From assembly GCA_041499655.1 (NCBI GenBank), contig JBGQKQ010000003.1, forward strand, positions 1-55,236: 55,236 bases of DNA. Direction: 5' to 3'. The notes under the pieces are model-generated. The model saw only the letters and a list, made by a program, of their open reading frames with translations. It had not been told where the DNA came from and did not search any database. The translations under genes were made by a program, and so were the position numbers. Source of the DNA: Gammaproteobacteria bacterium (GTDB lineage: Bacteria > Pseudomonadota > Gammaproteobacteria > Burkholderiales > SG8-39). Of the stretch, positions 48,794 to 55,236 are shown piece after piece. Within the stretch, counting starts at the first letter, position 1; each line of letters begins with the position of its first letter.

Positions 48794-48982
48794 ACGAGCA
48801 GCCTGCCTCGACCAGATACTCCGGAAAGGCCTGCGCGATCTCCGCGCGCGAGTTCGTCTGAACAGACCACAGCAGACGATCGGCTTTCTGAGATCTGCGT
48901 GCTGGAAATAGTTCTCATCATCATGAGATTCTCCTCCGCAACAGAGATTTGACGCACCATTTCGTCGCCAGCACAATCGGGC

Positions 48983-50722
48983 GTGTCAGATCAATACGCT
49001 CGACCGAATTCCGCGGCTTGGACCGCCGGGCATCTGCTCCGCCTCCGCCTTGCGCCTTTACTGAGTTGTCTTGCGCTTGCCATTGGCACGTTCGGACCTG
49101 CGGCCGCTCAGGAAAGTCCGCCCGAGGAAAAGCCTCCGCCACTCCCCGCTGCCGCACCGGCCACGGCAGCAAGGATCCCTTCGTTCGGAGAGCTCGAGGC
49201 AGCCGGCGCAGTGATCGGAGAGATCCGGGTCGTCACTCGAAATATTTTCGACCTGGAGAATGAGCGCGAGAACGGTGTCCTCTATCGCGCCGCCAACGCC
49301 ATTCACATTCAGACCTGGCCCAGCGTCATCCAGGACAAACTCCTCTTCAAAACCGGCGAGCACGTGTCGGTCCACGTGATGGAGGAAACCGAGCGCCTGC
49401 TGCGGTCGAACAGATTCCTGTACGACGTCAGCATCGTCCCCGTGGCCTATCATGGCGGGGTCGTCGACGTCGAGGTGAGAACGCGCGATACCTGGTCGCT
49501 GCAGCCGGGGCTGAGCGCAAGCCGCAGCGGGGGCTCCAACAGGACCAACGTAGGGTTTACGGAGGCGAACGCGCTGGGCAGCGGCATCCTGGTCGGGGTC
49601 AACCGCGTCTCCGATCCCGATCGCACAGGAACCGTGTACCAGGTGTCGGACCCGCACGCGTTCGACGGCTGGACGGCCATCAACTACTCACTGTCCCAGT
49701 TGAGCGACGGCGAAAACCGGACGATATCGGTTAACCGGCCGTTCTACGCCCTGGATACGCGCTGGGCGGCCGGGGTCAAGACAGTACAGGACACTCGCAT
49801 CGATTCCCTTTTCGAAAACGGCAGCACCCAGGCGCAATTCCGCCATCGGCAGGATACAGTCGACACCTTCGGCGGCTGGTCGGAAGGCCGCGTCGGCAAG
49901 TGGGTTCAGCGCTACTCGGTCGGTTTCAACTATCAGAAGCATACGTACAGCACCGAAGAGGGTCTTCAGGCTCCCTCGCAATTGCCCCCGGACCAGACCT
50001 TGGCCACGCCCTACTTCCGTTACGACGTCGTACAGGACGCTTACGAGAAGTACAAGAACCTGGACCTGATCGAGCGCGCCGAATATTTCGTGATCGGACT
50101 CCAGTCGAGCGTGCAGCTCGGCCGCTCCCTGGCGGCGCTGGGTTCGACGCAGGAACTATGGCTCTACAGCGCCAACGCAAGCGATGGCTACCGGACCCCC
50201 AAAGGGGGAATCCTGCTTGCTTCGGTCTCGAGCACCGGTCAGTGGGGCTATGGCCCTCTCGACAAACAGGCGACCGGCGGGTCGGTCAAATTCTACAGCC
50301 GCCCGGATAGTCGCACGCTGATCTACTATTCTCTCGCCGGCGACGTCCTGAGGGACGCCACGGCCTCCTCGCAGCTCGTCGTGGGAGGCGACACCGGCCT
50401 GCGGGGCTATCCCCGCAACTATCAGAGCGGGGACAACCGCGTGGTCGTTAACGTAGAAGACCGCGTTTATACGGACTGGTATCCCTTCCAGCTGATCCGA
50501 GTGGGAGGTGCCGTGTTCTACGACTTCGGCCGCGCATGGGGCGGCCTCAGCGCCAACACCGAGCACACCGGCTGGCTCAGTGACGTGGGGCTCGGCCTGC
50601 GCCTCCTGAGCGCGCGTTCGGCCTTCGGGAACGTGCTCCACTTGGATCTCGCCTTCCCGCTGAACCGCGATCCGAACATCAAGAGGGTGCAATTTCTGGT
50701 GCAGACCCAGACGACGTTTTGA
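48983..50722 (+). CDS. Omp85/BamA-TamA-like outer-membrane protein
   Basis: Signal peptide; POTRA-like ETERLLR; LRGY motif; FYDFGRAW; C-terminal Phe. Confidence 0.82.
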   Translation: MSDQYARPNSAAWTAGHLLRLRLAPLLSCLALAIGTFGPAAAQESPPEEKPPPLPAAAPATAARIPSFGELEAAGAVIGEIRVVTRNIFDLENERENGVLYRAANAIHIQTWPSVIQDKLLFKTGEHVSVHVMEETERLLRSNRFLYDVSIVPVAYHGGVVDVEVRTRDTWSLQPGLSASRSGGSNRTNVGFTEANALGSGILVGVNRVSDPDRTGTVYQVSDPHAFDGWTAINYSLSQLSDGENRTISVNRPFYALDTRWAAGVKTVQDTRIDSLFENGSTQAQFRHRQDTVDTFGGWSEGRVGKWVQRYSVGFNYQKHTYSTEEGLQAPSQLPPDQTLATPYFRYDVVQDAYEKYKNLDLIERAEYFVIGLQSSVQLGRSLAALGSTQELWLYSANASDGYRTPKGGILLASVSSTGQWGYGPLDKQATGGSVKFYSRPDSRTLIYYSLAGDVLRDATASSQLVVGGDTGLRGYPRNYQSGDNRVVVNVEDRVYTDWYPFQLIRVGGAVFYDFGRAWGGLSANTEHTGWLSDVGLGLRLLSARSAFGNVLHLDLAFPLNRDPNIKRVQFLVQTQTTF

Positions 50723-50738
50723 TGAGATAGAATCATCC

Positions 50739-50769
50739 AACGCCGGGTGTTCGTTCCCGGCGTTTTCTT
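50739..50769 (+). terminator. intrinsic terminator-like hairpin
   Basis: AACGCCGGG-8nt-CCCGGCGTT followed by TTCTT. Confidence 0.6.
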
Positions 50770-50789
50770 CGACGAGGAGGAGAGCGAGA

Positions 50790-51740
50790 TTGTCCCGCTT
50801 CTGCGCTGTTTTGCTGCTCGCCGCCGCGATCCCGCTTCATGCCCAGGATTATCCGAGGGGCGCAGTAACGCTGGTCATCCCGCTCGCGCCCGGTGACGCG
50901 ACCGACACATCGGCGCGCGCGATCGCCGATGAGCTCTCGCGAGAGCTCAAGGTATCCATCATCCCGGTCAACCGGCCCGGCGCGGGAGGCGCCGTCGGCA
51001 CCGAAACCGTCGTGAAGGCCAAGCCCGATGGGTACACCATTATCCTGACTAACAATGCGTCGCTCGTTTTCAGGTCGATCCTCGATCCCAAGACCGCGAG
51101 CTACAACCCGCTGACCGACCTCACGCCCCTGGGTCTCGCGATGCGCTCACCGAGCATCCTCGCGGTGCGCGGCGACGCGCCTTACAGGACGTTCGTCGAG
51201 CTGGTGGACTATGCGAAGAAAAACCCCGGAGGCGTGCGCATCGGCACCGCGGGCGCCGGCTCGGTGGGTGAGTTCTGCGTTCGCACCATCAACTCGCTCA
51301 CCGGCGCGGGCCTCGTCCCCGTGCCCTTCACCGGGGCCTCGCCCGGTGTCACGGCGCTGCTCGGCGGGCATGTGGAGGGCGTCGTGCTTGCCCTGGGGAC
51401 CATGACCGGCCATCTGAGGACCGGCACACTGCGAGGCATCGTCATATCCAGCAAGTATCCGGACTTCCCGGACATCCCGACGCTCGCCGATCTAGGCTAT
51501 TCGGAGGGCCTCTTCGGAATCTGGGTCGCGTTTTTCGCGCCCGCCGGGGTGCCCTCGGAGGTCACCCGGGCACTGGTGCCCGCGCTCGAGCGCGCCATCA
51601 AGTCCCCGGCCATAGGCACGAAGCTCAAGCCGCTCGGAATGCTGATGGACTATTCCCCGCCGGAGAAGCTCCTCGCCGAGATCCGCGACGAGCACCGGCG
51701 CGTTTCCGAGATCGCCGCCAAGGGCGGCCTGATCAAGTAG
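50790..51740 (+). CDS. Bug/TctC substrate-binding protein
   Basis: NRPGAGG, PDGYTI, PDIPTL; TTG start. Confidence 0.92.
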   Translation: MSRFCAVLLLAAAIPLHAQDYPRGAVTLVIPLAPGDATDTSARAIADELSRELKVSIIPVNRPGAGGAVGTETVVKAKPDGYTIILTNNASLVFRSILDPKTASYNPLTDLTPLGLAMRSPSILAVRGDAPYRTFVELVDYAKKNPGGVRIGTAGAGSVGEFCVRTINSLTGAGLVPVPFTGASPGVTALLGGHVEGVVLALGTMTGHLRTGTLRGIVISSKYPDFPDIPTLADLGYSEGLFGIWVAFFAPAGVPSEVTRALVPALERAIKSPAIGTKLKPLGMLMDYSPPEKLLAEIRDEHRRVSEIAAKGGLIK

Positions 51741-51754
51741 CCCGCGGGCTCGGG

Positions 51755-52135
51755 TCAGGGAAGCTGTATCTTGCCGCCTCCGCCGCCGAGCGGACCCTGA
51801 GGAACCACGATCGAAGAGCTTGCCTGACGACGCAGTTCCTGCAACTCGCGCACGGTGCGGTCGATTGCGTCCTTGGCGAGCGTTCCGAATTTCTCCGCGG
51901 CCTCCCCGAGCGACGCCGCCTCGATCTCGAACGCGATGGGAATCGAGCCGGCGGGCGTCAGTATCTGCGTCTCGCCTACATAGGTGACGGCACGCGTCGC
52001 GTCCGGCGTTCCGTTTCGGGTGACGGGAGTGAGCCTGCGCAGCGTTCCGATGCGGCGGTCGGTCAGGACCTCCTCAAGGTAGAGCTTGTCCGGATCGAGC
52101 TTCAGCTCGGGCGATTTGGGATCGGAGGTCGCCAT
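51755..52135 (-). CDS. conserved hypothetical protein
   Basis: LYLEEVLTDRRIGTLRRLTPV...ELRRQASSSIVVP; fits the operon. Confidence 0.75.
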   Translation of the reverse strand: MATSDPKSPELKLDPDKLYLEEVLTDRRIGTLRRLTPVTRNGTPDATRAVTYVGETQILTPAGSIPIAFEIEAASLGEAAEKFGTLAKDAIDRTVRELQELRRQASSSIVVPQGPLGGGGGKIQLP

Positions 52136-52199
52136 TCGCAGGTTCCAGTATCGGGCTTCGTAGCTTGCGGCCCTCGCCCGCCTGCGTCAAGAGGCGAGA

Positions 52200-53171
52200 C
52201 TATTTCTTGCCGAGCTCGGTCCCTGCAAGCCCTTCCCAGTAGCGCACCACGGCCGTGTGGTCCAAGCCGGGACCGAGCACCGCCTGCGCCTCGCTCCAGG
52301 CCTCGACGCACGCCTCGGCAAAAGGCGCGGGCGACCCGGTCGACCGCGCGACCTCGAGCGCCGTCTTCAGGTCCTTGACCATCAAGTCGAGCGAAAATCC
52401 CGAGTCGAACGTGCGCGACAGAATGAACCGATGAAACTTGTTGAGGGTCGAGTTGTTCATCCCGGTCGACGCGTTGAGCATATCGACGACCTTTGCCTGA
52501 TCGAGGCCGAAGCGTCCCGCCGCGAGCACCGCTTCCGTTGCGGCGACCAGCCCCGCAGCCGATACATAGTTGTTGAGCGCCTTCATCGCGTGCCCGGAGC
52601 CGAGCGGACCGGTGTGGAAGATCTGTTTTCCCATGGCCTCGAGCATCGGCCTGCAGCGCGCGATGGTCCCCTCGCCGCCGCCCACCATGATCGAGAGCGT
52701 CGCGTCCTCGGCCTTCCTCACGCCCCCCGATACGGGCGCGTCGATCATCTCTACGCCGCGCTCGGCCAGGCGTGCGCCGAGCTCCCGCGTGCCCACCGGC
52801 GATGACGAGCTCATGTCGACGAAGACGCTGCCGGAAGCGAGCCCGGCGAGCAGGCCTTCCTCGGATCCGTCCCGGCCCAAGGCCGCCGTGCGCACCGCGC
52901 TCCCGTCGGGGAGCATCGTGATCACCGCCTGGCAGCGCTTCCCGATCTCTCTCAGTGAGCCCAGCGCTTCCGCGCCGGTCGTTTCGCGCGCGCGCCGCAG
53001 GGCCTCCGCGTCGAGGTCATGCGCGAGGATGCGGTACCCGGCGCGGGAGAGATGGCGAACCATCGGGTACCCCATCTTTCCCAGGCCGACGAAGCCGACG
53101 CTCGCCGGCGGGAGGATCGCGGATGAACTCACATGCGTGCTCAGATTCGGAATCGCCATGCGCCGGATCAA
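52200..53171 (-). CDS. beta-hydroxyacid dehydrogenase family (3-hydroxyisobutyrate dehydrogenase-like)
   Basis: GFVGLGKMG, DAPVSGG, KALNN, KDL; start approximate. Confidence 0.92.
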   Translation of the reverse strand: MIRRMAIPNLSTHVSSSAILPPASVGFVGLGKMGYPMVRHLSRAGYRILAHDLDAEALRRARETTGAEALGSLREIGKRCQAVITMLPDGSAVRTAALGRDGSEEGLLAGLASGSVFVDMSSSSPVGTRELGARLAERGVEMIDAPVSGGVRKAEDATLSIMVGGGEGTIARCRPMLEAMGKQIFHTGPLGSGHAMKALNNYVSAAGLVAATEAVLAAGRFGLDQAKVVDMLNASTGMNNSTLNKFHRFILSRTFDSGFSLDLMVKDLKTALEVARSTGSPAPFAEACVEAWSEAQAVLGPGLDHTAVVRYWEGLAGTELGKK

Positions 53172-54322
53172 CTACCCTCGTCGGCGAACTTGTAGCGGCC
53201 CTTCCCGGCTCGCTTTGCCGCGTACATGGTGCGATCGGCCAGTATCAGGAGTTCGTCGGCGACCCGCTCTCGGCTGGCCACGCTCCCGCTGCACGCGATA
53301 CCGACGCTCGCTCCGACGCGGAGCCCCTGCTCCGCGAACATCCCGATCTCGGCGATCTCCGCCACGACCGCCTCGGCCACCGGAACCGCGTCGGACTTGT
53401 CGTGAGCGATGTCCATGAGAATCACGAACTCGTCGCCGCCGACTCGCGCAAAGGTATCCGCCTGGCGGACCCGGCGCCCGACCCGATCGGCGATCTCGCG
53501 CAGCAGCCGATCCCCTGCTTCGTGTCCCAGCGTGTCATTCACGGCCTTGAACCCGTCGATGTCGAAAAGGAGCAGCGCGACCTGGCGCCCGCTTCGCGCC
53601 GCCGTCGCGAGCATCTGTCCCAGTCGATCACGGAAATACGGCCGGTTGGGAAGCTTGGTCAACTGATCCTGCCAAGCCAGGCGCGAGATCTCTTCGATCT
53701 TCTCGGCGAGCTGCCGATTCCCCCCGGAGATCCTGCCCAGGAGGATGGATGCGTTGACCGTGTTTGCGATCAAACCGAAGATAATGGTACCGCCAAAGAG
53801 CAGGTTCTCGTGCCAGTACGGGCTCATCGCCAGATTGCCGACCATGCCGACGGTCGCGATGGCCGTGGCAAGAAACAGGTAGTGGCGCCCGAAACGCAGT
53901 CCCCATCCGATGGTCACGAGGAACAGGAAGCCCACGTACGCGGCGAACGCGCCGCCGAAGTATGCGATATAGATGAGGGCGAGGTTGTCCACCACGACGG
54001 CGAAGCCGCGCCTCCCGTGCGTCGGCACCGGACGCCTGTGCACCAGAATTAGGTAGGCCACGGCGTACAGCGGGAACATGATCCCCGTGCCAATGATGCC
54101 GAACGGAAGGCCCGAGAAATATCCTATGACTCCGAAACCACACAGGCCCACGAAGGTGCACATCAGGCGCGTCTTGGCCTGCCCCAGCTCGATGCCTCCC
54201 GCCGCGTCCGCGCCGAGCCAGTGCCCGAGCGGCAGGAGCCGCTCCCAAAATCCCCGCCGTCGGTCCGGGGCCTCCTCGGATACTGCCTCCATCATCTCTC
54301 CCGTGCCTCGTAGGGTGCGCAT
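53168..54322 (-). CDS. membrane-bound diguanylate cyclase (GGDEF)
   Basis: About 5 TMs; DQLTKLPNR, DIDGFK, RQAD I-site, GGDEF. Confidence 0.92.
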   Translation of the reverse strand: MRTLRGTGEMMEAVSEEAPDRRRGFWERLLPLGHWLGADAAGGIELGQAKTRLMCTFVGLCGFGVIGYFSGLPFGIIGTGIMFPLYAVAYLILVHRRPVPTHGRRGFAVVVDNLALIYIAYFGGAFAAYVGFLFLVTIGWGLRFGRHYLFLATAIATVGMVGNLAMSPYWHENLLFGGTIIFGLIANTVNASILLGRISGGNRQLAEKIEEISRLAWQDQLTKLPNRPYFRDRLGQMLATAARSGRQVALLLFDIDGFKAVNDTLGHEAGDRLLREIADRVGRRVRQADTFARVGGDEFVILMDIAHDKSDAVPVAEAVVAEIAEIGMFAEQGLRVGASVGIACSGSVASRERVADELLILADRTMYAAKRAGKGRYKFADEGS

Positions 54323-54346
54323 TTGGCACCCGAAGCGTGCCCCGCG

Positions 54347-55120
54347 TCAAGAGGGCGCGGCATCGGCGCCACCGAGGATTTTCGGCAGGGTTTCCCCGAT
54401 CGCGCTGCGGAACACCGCATCGGCAATGCCATCGAACGGCGTCGGCTGCGCATTGACGATCACCACGCGCCCGCCTGCCCTCTTTGCGACAGGAACGGCC
54501 CCGGCGATCGGATAAACCTGCAGGCTGGTGCCGATCGAGATGAACAAGTCCGACTCGGCCGCCGCACTCATCGCGCGATCGATCACCTCCGGCACCAGCG
54601 CTTGCCCGAACGAGATGGTATCGCTTTTGAGGATCCCGCCGCAGCGCGCGCAGGGCGGATCGGATTCTCCGCGGCGAACACGCTCGAGGGTCTCCCGCAT
54701 CGGTCCCTTCCACGCGCACGACAGGCAGACCGCGAAGTGGACGGTTCCGTGAACCTCGATCACGCGTTCGGCCGAGTTCCCAGCCTTCTGGTGGAGCCCG
54801 TCGATGTTCTGGGTGATGAGGGCGTGGAGCTTGCCGCGACGCTCGAGTTCCGCGATCACGGCGTGGCCTGCGTTGGGGCGTGCAGTCCAGGCGGCATGGT
54901 CGAGGCGCGATTGCCAGGATTTCCGGCGTATCTCGGGGTCGGCAACGTAATAGCGGATATCCGACAGCTTTTCGGCCTGCGGGTCCCTGATCCACACTCC
55001 CTGGGGCCCGCGAAAATCCGGAATCCCCGAATCGGTGGAGATGCCCGCACCCGTCAGGACGACAATGCGCTTCGCCTTCCCCACCCATGAGCGAACCTGG
55101 CCGATCAAGAGCGACTCCAC
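54347..55120 (-). CDS. sirtuin NAD-dependent protein deacylase
   Basis: GAGIS, DFRG, TQNIDGLH, VHG, two CxxC, GTSLQVYP. Confidence 0.95.
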   Translation of the reverse strand: MESLLIGQVRSWVGKAKRIVVLTGAGISTDSGIPDFRGPQGVWIRDPQAEKLSDIRYYVADPEIRRKSWQSRLDHAAWTARPNAGHAVIAELERRGKLHALITQNIDGLHQKAGNSAERVIEVHGTVHFAVCLSCAWKGPMRETLERVRRGESDPPCARCGGILKSDTISFGQALVPEVIDRAMSAAAESDLFISIGTSLQVYPIAGAVPVAKRAGGRVVIVNAQPTPFDGIADAVFRSAIGETLPKILGGADAAPS

Positions 55121-55141
55121 GACTGAGTGTCGGGCGCGCCC

Positions 55142-55236
55142 TCAGGCCCGCAACTTGAATCTCTGTATTTTTCCCGTCGCCGTCTTCGGCAGCTCGGGGA
55201 GAAACTCTATCCAGCGCGGGTACTTGTAGGGCGCGA
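55142..55236 (-). CDS. 3' end of a benzoate-CoA-ligase-like AMP-binding enzyme (partial)
   Basis: My translation: [30 protein letters not shown] (A10 motif). Confidence 0.88.
   Translation of the reverse strand, partial: APYKYPRWIEFLPELPKTATGKIQRFKLRA

Overview
GC-rich, gene-dense bacterial chromosomal window. Bug/TctC, TAXI-TRAP and Liv-type transporters plus many aromatic-catabolism genes suggest a Betaproteobacterium (inference). About 57 CDSs, mostly enzymes (3-hydroxyanthranilate dioxygenase, muconic semialdehyde dehydrogenase, amidohydrolases, VOC dioxygenase, flavin monooxygenases), transporters and signalling proteins. I saw no rRNA, tRNA, CRISPR array, integrase or transposase. The standout is 21547-22245 (-): a GRDP/DUF1399-like domain (PSxxVDxxWHxH...HHxP) fused to seven 11-aa repeats with an invariant AYCGA core and extensive synonymous codon variation. 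It has its own Shine-Dalgarno and terminator. An unannotated upstream 43-aa ORF carries a related motif (DRPAYCAA). The gene lies in an ~8 kb block that separates an ABC ATPase from its likely permease/CrtC-like partners. It is a candidate self-modifying RiPP-like or metal-binding repeat system (hypothesis). All family calls are motif recognition by eye, not database searches.
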